Origin: Terriglobia bacterium
GTDB taxonomy: Bacteria; Acidobacteriota; Terriglobia; Terriglobales; Acidobacteriaceae
Assembly: GCA_020072645.1 (NCBI GenBank)
Contig: JAIQGK010000013.1
Span: forward strand, 89,809 to 153,808
Reading direction: 5' to 3'
DNA: 64,000 bases
Shown here: piece after piece, positions 18,387 through 28,040 of the stretch
Numbering within the stretch: position 1 is the stretch's first letter
How the letters are laid out: the number at the start of each line of letters is the position of its first letter
Made by a program: the position numbers and the translations under genes
The notes under the pieces: generated by a model
What the model saw: the letters and a program-made list of their open reading frames with translations, nothing else
What the model was told of the DNA's origin: nothing
Databases searched by the model: none

Positions 18387-19739
18387 GTGAAGCGCGGCAG
18401 GACAGCAGTGATCGTAGGCGCCCAGTGGGGCGACGAAGGCAAAGGCAAAATTGTCGACGTACTGTCGCACAATTTCTCCGTGGTGGCCCGTTATGCCGGA
18501 GGGCATAACGCCGGGCACACCGTCATTATCAAGGGCAAAAAATTTGTGCTGCAGCTTGTTCCCTGTGGCGTGCTGCGCAAAGGCTGCCGCTCGGTCATCG
18601 GCAACGGCGTAGTGCTTGACCCGCTGGCCTTCCTGAAGGAAGTAAAGATGCTGCGCGAAGCTGGCGTGCAAGTGGATGGCAACCTATTCGTTTCTAACCG
18701 CGCCCACGTGATCCTGCCCTACCACCGCATGATTGAGATGGGAGCGGAGAATGCCCCGGGACGCGTGAAGATTGGCACCACATCGCGCGGAATCGGTCCG
18801 GCGTATGAAGACAAGATGGGACGCCGCGGGCTGCGTGTGGCCGACCTGCTGGACTCCACGCTGCTCAAGTCAACGATTGAAAACGCCTGCCGCGAGAAAA
18901 ACATGATCGCGCACGCGCTCTTCAATTCCGACCCGCTCGACGCCGACAGCATGTACGCCGAATACGCAGAAGCCGCCAAACAGATTGCGCCCTTCGTGGC
19001 CGATACTGCTGTGCTGCTGAACCAGGCGCTGGCGGAAGGCGGGTCGGTGATGTTTGAGGGCGCGCAAGCTACCATGCTTGATATCGACCACGGAACGTAT
19101 CCTTTTGTTACGTCATCAAGCTGCACCGCGGGCGGCGCGGCCACCGGCACCGGCGTACCTCCAAACGCGATTCAAAATGTGATCGGCGTGACCAAGGCGT
19201 ACTGCACCCGCGTGGGCGGCGGTCCCTTCCCTAGTGAGGTTGAAGGACCGGTTGCCGATCAGCTTCGCGCGCGTGGCAATGAATACGGCGCGGTCACCGG
19301 ACGCCCCCGCCGTTGCGGCTGGATTGACCTGCCGCTTCTCCGCTATGCGCAAATGATCAACGGCGTGAACTGGTGGGTGGTGACAAAGCTGGACGTGCTG
19401 GACGTGCTCGATGAAGTCCCCGTCTGCGTGGGCTACAAGGTCAAGGGCAAGAAAATGGATTCCATCCCTGCGCTGGCCACCGGCTTTGAGCAGGTGCAAC
19501 CCATCTATGAAAAAATGCCGGGCTGGAAGAAATCTACTGAAGGCGCGGCCAGCTTTGACGATCTGCCGAAGAAAGCGCAGGAATACCTGCGATTCATTGA
19601 GCGCGAGAGCGGAGCTAAGATCGGGATGGTTTCCACCGGTCCTGAGCGCGATCAGACCATGCTTCTGCCGGAATTCGAAGCCGCGATCATTGGCCCGGCT
19701 GAGAAAGCTGCTCCGGTAAAAGGCGCAAAAGCGAAATAA
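18387..19739 (+). CDS. purA: adenylosuccinate synthase
   Basis: 450 aa with GAQWGDEGKGKIVD, TTSRGIGPAYEDK and GNEYGAVTGRPRRCGW. Confidence 0.95.
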   Translation: MKRGRTAVIVGAQWGDEGKGKIVDVLSHNFSVVARYAGGHNAGHTVIIKGKKFVLQLVPCGVLRKGCRSVIGNGVVLDPLAFLKEVKMLREAGVQVDGNLFVSNRAHVILPYHRMIEMGAENAPGRVKIGTTSRGIGPAYEDKMGRRGLRVADLLDSTLLKSTIENACREKNMIAHALFNSDPLDADSMYAEYAEAAKQIAPFVADTAVLLNQALAEGGSVMFEGAQATMLDIDHGTYPFVTSSSCTAGGAATGTGVPPNAIQNVIGVTKAYCTRVGGGPFPSEVEGPVADQLRARGNEYGAVTGRPRRCGWIDLPLLRYAQMINGVNWWVVTKLDVLDVLDEVPVCVGYKVKGKKMDSIPALATGFEQVQPIYEKMPGWKKSTEGAASFDDLPKKAQEYLRFIERESGAKIGMVSTGPERDQTMLLPEFEAAIIGPAEKAAPVKGAKAK

Positions 19740-19775
19740 TGGACCCAAATGGCTTTGCACAAAAACCCCAAACCT

Positions 19776-19868
19776 CACCACAGATGACACTGATTTACAC
19801 GGATCAAAAAAAGTTCGATAAAACCATTTGAATTAATAAATCCGTGTCATCCGTGTTCATCCGTGGTG
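19776..19868. repeat. family B inverted-repeat element (two opposed heptamer triplets, ~35-nt AT-rich loop)
   Basis: The left arm has cacagat/cactgat/cacggat at 19779, 19788 and 19798. The right arm has atccgtg x3 at 19840, 19849 and 19859. The arms are about 85% complementary. The element lies 3' of the purA stop. Confidence 0.8.
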
Positions 19869-19927
19869 GGACTTGCTTTTTTGTACAAAACAGACCCAAA
19901 TTTAAAATAGTTTAAGAGGAGAACGCC

Positions 19928-20566
19928 ATGACGGCCTCGGCCCCTCCCTTTGTGGAATGCGATCAAGTCCATGCGGTACTGGCAGTCAGCGACATCCCCG
20001 CCGCCATAGACTTTTACACAAAAAAGTTAGGCTTCAAACTGACGTTCACATGGGGTGGTGATCCGCCGACTTTCGCGGGCGTGAACCTTGGCAAGGTGCA
20101 GATGTTCTTGCAGAAGGGAACGCCCAGTCCCAAGGGATGTTCCGTGACCTTTCTCGTCGGCGACGCGGACCAGCTCTACGCATTCCATCGCGCTAAGGGC
20201 GTTGAAGTCACAGCGGAGATTACCGACAGGGATTATGGAATCAGAGACTACGGCGTGCGCGATCTGAATGGATACCATCTCTCGTTCGGGCACCATATCT
20301 TCAACGCTGGGCCGCCGATCAAGATTGAGCGGGTGGACGTGCCGGTGCGACTGGAGAAACGCCTTGCCGCCCTGCTCCAGGACCTGGCAAAGCACAAACG
20401 CATGAGCGTGACCAGTTGCCTGGAAGAGATGCTGCTGCATACAAATGATGGTGTTGGGCCGCACGCGCAAACCACGCTCCACTACATTCAGGAATTAAAG
20501 AAAGAACATGGCATTGATTATGACTGCCATGCCAGCTACCGGTTTGTGGAAGGTGATTCAAAATGA
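19928..20566 (+). CDS. VOC-domain protein with a C-terminal ribbon-helix-helix-like extension
   Basis: Residues 1-125 have a VOC pattern (VLAVSDIPAAIDFYTKKLGFKL...VRDLNGYHLSFG). The C-terminus VPVRLEKRLAALLQDLAKHKRMSVTSCLEEMLL looks like a beta-strand plus two helices (RHH-like; inference). Confidence 0.65.
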   Translation: MTASAPPFVECDQVHAVLAVSDIPAAIDFYTKKLGFKLTFTWGGDPPTFAGVNLGKVQMFLQKGTPSPKGCSVTFLVGDADQLYAFHRAKGVEVTAEITDRDYGIRDYGVRDLNGYHLSFGHHIFNAGPPIKIERVDVPVRLEKRLAALLQDLAKHKRMSVTSCLEEMLLHTNDGVGPHAQTTLHYIQELKKEHGIDYDCHASYRFVEGDSK

Positions 20567-20850
20567 TCGTTCTAAAAGTTGACATGCTGCTGAAGCCCGG
20601 CACAGAAGCGAAGTGCCGTGAGTACATCCAAATCCTGCAGGAACATTCGCGCAAGGAGCCTGGTTGCCTGCTGTACATCGGACACCAGTCCACAGAAGAC
20701 CCGCGCAAGTTCCTTTTCTATGAGCAATATAAGGATGCTGCGGCGCTGGAAGCCCATCGCAATGCGCCATACTTCAAGCAATATGTCATCGACGGGCTGG
20801 ATACGATCATGGAGCACCGCAGCAGAGATCTGTTTGAGCCTGTTGACTGA
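20563..20850 (+). CDS. antibiotic-biosynthesis-monooxygenase (ABM) family protein / putative quinol monooxygenase
   Basis: 95 aa with EPGCLLY...FYEQYKDAAALEAHRNAPYFKQY, typical of ABM/YgiN-like proteins. Its ATG overlaps the upstream TGA (ATGA). Confidence 0.8.
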   Translation: MIVLKVDMLLKPGTEAKCREYIQILQEHSRKEPGCLLYIGHQSTEDPRKFLFYEQYKDAAALEAHRNAPYFKQYVIDGLDTIMEHRSRDLFEPVD

Positions 20851-20884
20851 CGGTCGTCCGCCGCTCTGCTAAAATCCTCACGCC

Positions 20885-22225
20885 GTGCCGAATGATGCAG
20901 CGCTCTTTCCGCGTAATTTCAAAAAGCAATACCCCATTGCTGTGCGTGGAGAAGGCTGCTGGATTACCGCCGCTGACGGCAGAAGATATCTGGACGCAGT
21001 GGGTCAGGCTGCGGTCGTAAACATCGGGCATGGCCTGGCTTCTGTCGCAAGGGCGATGGCCGAACAGGCTTCACAGCTTGCTTTTGCGCACAGCTCCCAG
21101 TTTCATACCGCAACAGCCGAAAGACTTGCTGCGCGTCTGCTTGCACTAGCTCCTGAAGCTATGCGCCGCGGAGGCCGCATCTATTTCTGTTCGGGTGGGT
21201 CTGAGGCCAATGAGACCGCCATCAAGCTGGCACGCCAGCATTTTCTGGAGCGAGGCCAGCCGCAACGCTTTCGCGTGGTCAGCCGGCGGCAGAGTTATCA
21301 CGGCAGCACGCTCGGCGCCATGGCCATGAGCGGCAACATGGCCCGGCGTGAGCCCTACCAGCCGCTGCTCCTGGAGTGGGGACACGTTGATCCGTGCTTT
21401 TGCCGGCATTGCCCCCTGGGATTGCGGTTCCCTGAATGCAGGCTGGCCTGCGCCGAAGAACTGGAAATCCTGCTGCGCGAGGATCGCGAAAAATCTATCG
21501 CGGCATTTATCTTCGAGCCCGTAGTCGGCGCGACACTGGGCGCAGCCGTTCCGCCCGATGGCTATGTTCAGCGGATTGCCGAAATCTGTGGTCAGCACGA
21601 TGTGCTTCTCATCGCCGATGAGGCAATGACCGGCATAGGCCGAACCGGCAAGCCCTTCGCGGTGGATCACTGGCGCGTTGAGCCGGACATGATTACGTTC
21701 GGCAAGGGCGCGGCCAGTGGCTATGCTCCACTGGGTGGAGTGATTGTCGCGCCGCGCGTGGTGGAAGCCATCGAAAGCGGCTCCGGCGCTTTTCAGCATG
21801 GCTTCACCTACCAGAACCATCCGGTCTCGATGGCGGCAGGCAATGCGGTGCTCGATATCCTGCAAGAGCAGAAGCTATTTACGCGAGTGCCGGCAGCGAG
21901 TCGCGAACTTTTTGCCGCGCTTGAGCCCCTCAAACAACACCGTCACGTGGGCGATGTTCGCGGCCTCGGTTTGCTGGCAGGTATCGAGTTCGTAAAAGAT
22001 AAGAACGCCCGCGCGCAGTTCCCGCGCGAAGAGAACATTGCCGGCAAAATTTTTCAGGCTGCCATAGACCAGGGTGTGCTCACCTATCCAACGCAAGGCT
22101 GGGTGGACGGAGTGCACGGCGATCACATCCTGCTCGCTCCGCCGTTTATTATCACGGCAGAAGAATGCAACATCACGGCGCGGGGCATTGCAGTCGCGAT
22201 GGAAAAAGTTTTTCCTGGCTCGTAA
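20885..22225 (+). CDS. class-III (omega) aminotransferase, PLP-dependent
   Basis: 446 aa with SGGSEANETAIKLAR, LLIADEAMTGIGRTGKPFA and the Schiff-base region TFGKGAASGY. Confidence 0.9.
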   Translation: MPNDAALFPRNFKKQYPIAVRGEGCWITAADGRRYLDAVGQAAVVNIGHGLASVARAMAEQASQLAFAHSSQFHTATAERLAARLLALAPEAMRRGGRIYFCSGGSEANETAIKLARQHFLERGQPQRFRVVSRRQSYHGSTLGAMAMSGNMARREPYQPLLLEWGHVDPCFCRHCPLGLRFPECRLACAEELEILLREDREKSIAAFIFEPVVGATLGAAVPPDGYVQRIAEICGQHDVLLIADEAMTGIGRTGKPFAVDHWRVEPDMITFGKGAASGYAPLGGVIVAPRVVEAIESGSGAFQHGFTYQNHPVSMAAGNAVLDILQEQKLFTRVPAASRELFAALEPLKQHRHVGDVRGLGLLAGIEFVKDKNARAQFPREENIAGKIFQAAIDQGVLTYPTQGWVDGVHGDHILLAPPFIITAEECNITARGIAVAMEKVFPGS

Positions 22226-22596
22226 CACGAATCGTCGCGCTAACGACTCTGATATCCAAAAGCCTTTGTAGTGACAGAGCCGCCACGCTAAGCCGACAGA
22301 AACACTCCTACATTGACTTTAGACTCGCGCGCCACGGCAACGTTAGATGGTTATAACTGCGAAAGCCAGATAAAGGCCAAAAACATCTGCAAAGAGGCAT
22401 AAAATATGCCGCCTGCGCTGGTATGATTATGCGCAGCACCCCTTGAAGCCCGACAATCTTTGCTACGCTTTTTTCTCTCACACATGTTTTTGGAGAGAGC
22501 TGCGTCAGCGGGGAGCCAGACCTTTTGTGGGATTTTTGAAACCAATCGCGCCGGCATGATTGCCGCCGCAGGTCCAACTTATCTCTGTTATTCAAC

Positions 22597-25458
22597 ATGG
22601 TTATTCAACATGGAGGCACCTTGAGAAGCAAGTTCATGCATACAATCGCCGGCCTGTACCTGGTAGTTGTCCTGATCGGCACCAGTTCTTTCAGCCAGAG
22701 CGCTCCGACCAAGCCAGCGGCGGATCCTGCGCCAAAGGCAGCCGCGCACTCCGCGGCAAAATCCCCGCAAATCCCCATACCTGACATTAAGTACACAAAG
22801 TTTGTTTTGAAGAACGGACTGACGGTCCTGGTGCATGAGGACCATAAAGCGCCGATCGTGGCCGTGAACACCTGGTATCACGTGGGATCCAAGAATGAGA
22901 AGCCGGGCAAGACCGGCTTTGCTCACTTGTTTGAACACCTGATGTTCAGCGGAAGTGAGAACTTTAATACTACTTTTCTCAATGCGCTGGAACGCATCGG
23001 CGCCACCAACCTGAATGGCACTACCAATAACGATCGCACCAATTATTTTGAGAACGTGCCTACTTCCATGCTGGACTATGCGCTTTTTGCCGAAAGCGAC
23101 CGCATGGGCCACCTGCTGCCGGTGCTCGACCAGAAGAAGCTCGACCTGCAGCGCGGCGTGGTGCAGAACGAAAAGCGCCAGGGTGAAAACCAACCCTATG
23201 GTGTAGTTGAAGAGTTGGTTACTAAGAATACCTATCCGGCGGGCCATCCTTATTCATGGACTGTTATTGGCGAAATGAAGGACCTTGACGACGCCGCCAT
23301 GACTGACGTGCAGGAGTGGTTCAAGACTTATTATGGGCCCAACAACACTACGCTGGTGATCGCCGGCGATATCACTCCTGAAGTTGCGCGCCAGAAAGTT
23401 GAAAAATATTACGGTGAGATTCCTCCCGGCCCTCCGATTGCCAAGCAGGAAACGTGGGTTGCCAAGCGTACCGGCACGCATCGTGGCTGGGTGCAGGACC
23501 GCGTCCCGCAAGCGCGGCTTTACCGCATATGGAATGTTCCGCAATATGGCTCCCCGGAAGAAGCGCAGCTTGATCTGGCGGCGCAGGTGCTGGGCCGCGG
23601 AAAAACTTCCCGGCTTTACAAGCGCCTTGTCTATAAAGACCAGACTGCCACCAGCGCCACCGCTTCTGACGACACAAACGAGATCGGCGGCCAGTTTGAT
23701 TTCACCATCACGGCCAAGCCCGATCAGGACCTGCAAAAAGCCCAGGCAAACTTCCGCAACTCTGAGAAAGCCGCTGATGAAGAACTGAAAAACTTCCTGA
23801 AGAATGGTCCTACAGAAGCTGAACTACAATTGGCCAAGACACAGATCTTTGGCAACTATGCGCGCATTGTGGAGCGCATTGGTGGCTTTGGCGGAAAGAG
23901 TGATCTTCTGGCCCGCTGCCAGACCTTTACCGGCAATCCTGACTGCTACAAGGACTATCTCAAGTGGATACAAGCCGCCACCCCTGCCACAGTAAAAAAA
24001 GCGGCTAACGACTGGCTTAGCGACGGCGACTATGTTCTTGAAGTGCAGCCCTATCCTTCTAACCTGAAAACTGACGCCAAACTAGATCGCTCCAAGCCGC
24101 CGGCCACGGGTGAACCTATGTCACTCAAGCTGCCGCCCATGCAGAAAGCAACGCTTTCCAATGGGCTGAAGATTGTGCTGGCAGAGCGGCACACAGCGCC
24201 AGTCGTAAACTTCTCACTGCTGGTGGATAGCGGATATGCCGCCGATCCATCCAGCGCTCCCGGCACAGCCAGCTTCTCACAGCGCATGCTGGAAGAAGGC
24301 ACGCCCACGCGCGACTCACTCAAGATAGGTGAAGAACTGGAATCGCTCAGCGCAAACTTTGGCGCCGGAGCGAACCTTGACTGGGCCTTCGTCAACCTGA
24401 ACACGCTGGCGCTCACCATGGATAAAGCGCTTGATATCTATGCCGACCTCATTCTGCATCCGGCGTTTCCACAGAAGGAGTTTGCGCGGCTGCAACAGGA
24501 CCGCATTGCCATTATCCGGCGTGAAAAAGTTCAGCCGCAGACGATGGCCCTGCGCGTGGTGCCGCAGCTTCTTTATGGCAAAGGGCATCCTTATTCATTG
24601 CCTTTTACCGGTAGCGGAACTGAAGCCAGCGTAAGCAAGCTCACGCGTGAAGACCTGGCCAAGTGGCATGACACATGGTTCAAGCCCAACAACGCTACGC
24701 TGCTGATTGTGGGGGATACCACTCTGGACGCCATCAAACCCAAGTTGGAGAAACTTTTTGCCGGATGGAAGCCGGGCGACGTGCCAAAGAAGAACGTCAC
24801 AAAAGTGCCGGAGCCGGAAAAGAATGTCGTTTACCTGATCGACCGTCCTGATTCCAAGCAAAGCATCATCTTTGGCGCGCAACTGGCCCCGCCGCGCAAC
24901 GATCCTGACGCGGTCGCACTGCAACTGGTGAATGACGTTTTCGGCGGCAGCTTCGGCTCGCGCATTAACATGAACCTGCGTGAAGACAAGCACTGGTCAT
25001 ACGGTGTCTTCAGCGCGATCCCTGCGGCGCGCGGCCAGCGCCCTTACCTGAGCATCTCGCCTGTGGAAACTGACAAGACTAAGGAATCCCTGGCAGAACT
25101 GGTCAAGGAATACAAGGACATCGCCGGCGGCAAGCCTATCGTGGAAAAGGAACTGAAAGACGAGCAGGACAATGCCACGCTCGGCCTGCCCGGTAGTTTT
25201 GAAACCGTGCAGCAACTTGCCGGAGCTTATAGTCAGATCCTGCAATACGGCTTGCCGGAGGACTACTTCAATACGTTTACCCAAAAGGCGATGTCGCTGA
25301 CGCCGGAGTCCGCAAATGAGATCGCCAAGAAATTCATCCTGCCCGATCACTTGATTTGGGTGGTCGTTGGCGATATGAGCAAGGTGGAAGCTGGCATCCG
25401 CGAGCTGAACCTAGGCGAGATCCACAAGATAGATGCGGATGGAAACCCGGTGCAGTAG
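22597..25458 (+). CDS. M16 (pitrilysin/insulinase) family zinc peptidase, fused double-unit form
   Basis: 953 aa with the inverted zinc motif HLFEHLMFSG, a second inactive M16 unit, and an N-terminal signal-like segment. An alternative start is the ATG at 22636. Confidence 0.9.
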   Translation: MVIQHGGTLRSKFMHTIAGLYLVVVLIGTSSFSQSAPTKPAADPAPKAAAHSAAKSPQIPIPDIKYTKFVLKNGLTVLVHEDHKAPIVAVNTWYHVGSKNEKPGKTGFAHLFEHLMFSGSENFNTTFLNALERIGATNLNGTTNNDRTNYFENVPTSMLDYALFAESDRMGHLLPVLDQKKLDLQRGVVQNEKRQGENQPYGVVEELVTKNTYPAGHPYSWTVIGEMKDLDDAAMTDVQEWFKTYYGPNNTTLVIAGDITPEVARQKVEKYYGEIPPGPPIAKQETWVAKRTGTHRGWVQDRVPQARLYRIWNVPQYGSPEEAQLDLAAQVLGRGKTSRLYKRLVYKDQTATSATASDDTNEIGGQFDFTITAKPDQDLQKAQANFRNSEKAADEELKNFLKNGPTEAELQLAKTQIFGNYARIVERIGGFGGKSDLLARCQTFTGNPDCYKDYLKWIQAATPATVKKAANDWLSDGDYVLEVQPYPSNLKTDAKLDRSKPPATGEPMSLKLPPMQKATLSNGLKIVLAERHTAPVVNFSLLVDSGYAADPSSAPGTASFSQRMLEEGTPTRDSLKIGEELESLSANFGAGANLDWAFVNLNTLALTMDKALDIYADLILHPAFPQKEFARLQQDRIAIIRREKVQPQTMALRVVPQLLYGKGHPYSLPFTGSGTEASVSKLTREDLAKWHDTWFKPNNATLLIVGDTTLDAIKPKLEKLFAGWKPGDVPKKNVTKVPEPEKNVVYLIDRPDSKQSIIFGAQLAPPRNDPDAVALQLVNDVFGGSFGSRINMNLREDKHWSYGVFSAIPAARGQRPYLSISPVETDKTKESLAELVKEYKDIAGGKPIVEKELKDEQDNATLGLPGSFETVQQLAGAYSQILQYGLPEDYFNTFTQKAMSLTPESANEIAKKFILPDHLIWVVVGDMSKVEAGIRELNLGEIHKIDADGNPVQ

Positions 25459-25482
25459 ATGGATTATAGTTTGGTTACTAAA

Positions 25483-25506
25483 GCCCGCCGAAAGGCGGGC
25501 TTTTTC
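25483..25506 (+). terminator. intrinsic terminator of the M16 peptidase gene
   Basis: gcccgcc-gaaa-ggcgggc followed by ttttt, 25 nt after the stop. Confidence 0.85.
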
Positions 25507-25762
25507 TGCCTCGCGCGATCCGATGAAGTCAATGTCCATCAATTCGCTCGCTGTGAAATGTGAGTGGCACTCGCATACTTACCCTTGTGCTCTTCCTGCC
25601 ATTAGAAGATATTCATCTTTATCTACCAATAAGAGAAATAACACGCGAACCTACTGCTTCAAATGATCCGTATTATGCGCGAAATTCCCGGCTATATTTT
25701 TTTATCGAATCTGGCAATTTCGCGATGGCAGCGTCCCCTCGCCTTGATGGGGTTGCAAAAGC

Positions 25763-27007
25763 TCATTCGTAATGCAGAGCTTCCACCGGATCCAACTGTG
25801 CTGCTCGCGTAGCCGGCAGCGTTCCAAAGATGACCCCCACCAGTACCGCAACAATAATAGCGATGATGGCGGAGAGTCCGGAAATCGGAATTCGATATTC
25901 AGTAAGAAAGCGCACAGAGAAAGGAAGTGCCAGCCCGAGGATCGTGCCTACGACGCCGCCGGTCAGTGAGATCAGGACCGCTTCGGTCAAAAATTGCAGG
26001 CGGATTTCACGGCTCGTTGCGCCAATCGCCTTGCGTATGCCGATTTCGCGAATGCGTGTCCGGACGTTGGCCAGCATGATATTCATGATTCCCACGCCGC
26101 TCACAATCAGCACCAGCAAAGAAATTGCCAGCAGCATCAGCGTAAGTCCATTGGCTGCCCTGGAAGCCACCGCAAGCAACTGCGTGAGGTTTTCCACGCG
26201 ATAAACTGACTGCGGCCGGTGCCGCGACTGCAGCACTTGCTTGATCATTTCTGTGGCGTGCGTGACCTCGCCTGCGTCAGAGACGGAAAAGAAGACCTGT
26301 TTCACCGCGTCATTGCCAGTGAAATATCGCGCCACGTTATAAGGAATGAGCACGGTGTCGCCGGAGATTTCCGATTGACCAAAGGTCTCAACTCGCTCAC
26401 GGAAGGTGCCAATGATCACGAAAGGAAGGCCGTTGATCTTGATGTCTTTTCCCACGGCCGCGCTCTGGCTCTGGTAGACCCGCTGCGCAAACTGCTGCGT
26501 CACGGCCGCCACATGCGCTCGCGACATCGAATCTTCTTCATCAAAGAAACGTCCCGCCAGGATCTCAAGATTCCGCACCGTGGAGTATTGGGTAGAAACG
26601 CCCAGCACCTGTATGTCGCGTTCCCTCCCGGCGCCTACGCTCACGCGATCATGGATTTCAACCATCGGCGAAGCCGCCTGGATTCCCGGCACCTCCTGCT
26701 GCACTGCCCTCAGGTCTTCCATGGTCAAATCGTCTCTGGTACCGGTGCTGATGGAAGAATTGCTGCCGCCTTCGTAATATGCGTAAACCATGTTCGCGCC
26801 AATTCCCTGAATCTGGTTCATGACGTATTGCTTGCCGGTAAGGCCAATCGTCACGACGACAATCAGCGAAGCCGTGCCGATCACCATGCCCAGAGCCGTC
26901 AGCGCGAAGCGCCACTTGCTGGTGCGGAAAGAATCCACGGCAAGCGTAACGATCTCACTAAAGAGCATCGTGTTGCGTGCGGTTTCCACCAGCGGACGTC
27001 CGGTCAT
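25763..27007 (-). CDS. ABC transporter permease, MacB/FtsX-type (no partner ATPase in the window)
   Basis: 414 aa with an N-terminal TM, a large periplasmic domain and a C-terminal FtsX-type 3-TM bundle (IMNIMLANVRTRIREIGIRKAIGAT). Confidence 0.85.
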   Translation of the reverse strand: MTGRPLVETARNTMLFSEIVTLAVDSFRTSKWRFALTALGMVIGTASLIVVVTIGLTGKQYVMNQIQGIGANMVYAYYEGGSNSSISTGTRDDLTMEDLRAVQQEVPGIQAASPMVEIHDRVSVGAGRERDIQVLGVSTQYSTVRNLEILAGRFFDEEDSMSRAHVAAVTQQFAQRVYQSQSAAVGKDIKINGLPFVIIGTFRERVETFGQSEISGDTVLIPYNVARYFTGNDAVKQVFFSVSDAGEVTHATEMIKQVLQSRHRPQSVYRVENLTQLLAVASRAANGLTLMLLAISLLVLIVSGVGIMNIMLANVRTRIREIGIRKAIGATSREIRLQFLTEAVLISLTGGVVGTILGLALPFSVRFLTEYRIPISGLSAIIAIIVAVLVGVIFGTLPATRAAQLDPVEALHYE

Positions 27008-27198
27008 GTTGTTATTGTACGTCTCCTGTTCGTTAGACGCTGGTTACTGAAGTCTGTTTTATTTCCCGAGCGCAGCGAGGGATCCCTATCGCAACCAGGA
27101 ACTCCAAGGGCAAACAAATCTTTCTAACATTAATTGGTATTCTTTCGCGTGAATTCGCGGCCAAAATCTTTTTTGATCTGCCCGTCGCCATTCAATAA

Positions 27199-27235
27199 CA
27201 AAAAAGCAAAAGGCGATCACCTTTCAGCGATCGCC
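27199..27235 (-). terminator. intrinsic terminator of tsf
   Basis: On the minus strand, ggcgatc-loop-gatcgcc is followed by ttttgctttttt. Confidence 0.75.
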
Positions 27236-27278
27236 ATGGTTAAAAGTTAAAAAGCTAAAAGCCAGCAGCTAGAAGCTC

Positions 27279-27941
27279 TTATTCCGCTTTCTGGTCCTGC
27301 TGCGGCTTAGTGATGGCGATCGTCTCTCCCACATCGCCGACCTTAAAGCGAGCAAAGCGCCGGACAGAGATGTTCTCACCCAGCTTGCCAATCTTGCTGG
27401 CGATCAACTGATGGATGGTGATGCCGGGTTCTTTCACGAAAGGCTGATCGAGCAAACAGACCTCTTCGTAGAACTTTGACATCTTGCCTTCCACGATCTT
27501 CTCCACCACGTTGGCCGGCTTGCCGGTTGCGGCAGCCTGTGCGCGATAGATTTCTTTTTCCTTCTCATAGGCATCAGGCGTGACATCTTCTTTGCGGACA
27601 AACTTGGGGTCCGCCGCCGCAATGTGCATCGCAATGTCTTTGATCAGGTCTTTGAAATCGTCCGTGCGCGCCACAAAATCGCTCTCGCAATTGATCTCCA
27701 CCAGCACGCCAATCTTGCCTCCGGCATGGATGTAGCTGGCCACGGATCCTTCGCTCGTCATGCGGGCCGCTTTCTTGGCCGCCGTGGCAATGCCCTTTTT
27801 GCGCAGCCATACCAGCGCGCCTTCAATATCGCCCTTGGCTTCAGACAGCGCGTTCTTGCAGTCCATCATGGGTGCGCCGCTGCGCTCGCGCAGTTCTTTT
27901 ACCTGTGCCGCTGTGATGTTGGTGGTCGTTTCTGTACTCAT
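27279..27941 (-). CDS. tsf: translation elongation factor Ts
   Basis: 220 aa with ITAAQVKELRERSGAPMMDCKNALSEAKGDIEGALVWLRKKG. It follows rpsB. Confidence 0.95.
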   Translation of the reverse strand: MSTETTTNITAAQVKELRERSGAPMMDCKNALSEAKGDIEGALVWLRKKGIATAAKKAARMTSEGSVASYIHAGGKIGVLVEINCESDFVARTDDFKDLIKDIAMHIAAADPKFVRKEDVTPDAYEKEKEIYRAQAAATGKPANVVEKIVEGKMSKFYEEVCLLDQPFVKEPGITIHQLIASKIGKLGENISVRRFARFKVGDVGETIAITKPQQDQKAE

Positions 27942-28040
27942 TTTGTTTCCTTCTATAAAAACTTTTCGATCTATAACATTTTGACCCGCGTGGCTCTTCG
28001 CCTGACGCGGGCCATAAATCTTGCTGTCTCAAGCTGACGT

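Noticed and set aside
25763-27007. An orphan MacB/FtsX-type permease as a sign of a novel transporter system.
   Set aside because: Lone FtsX-type permease genes are common in this kind of genome, and the partner ATPase is often encoded elsewhere. Nothing in the sequence itself is unusual.
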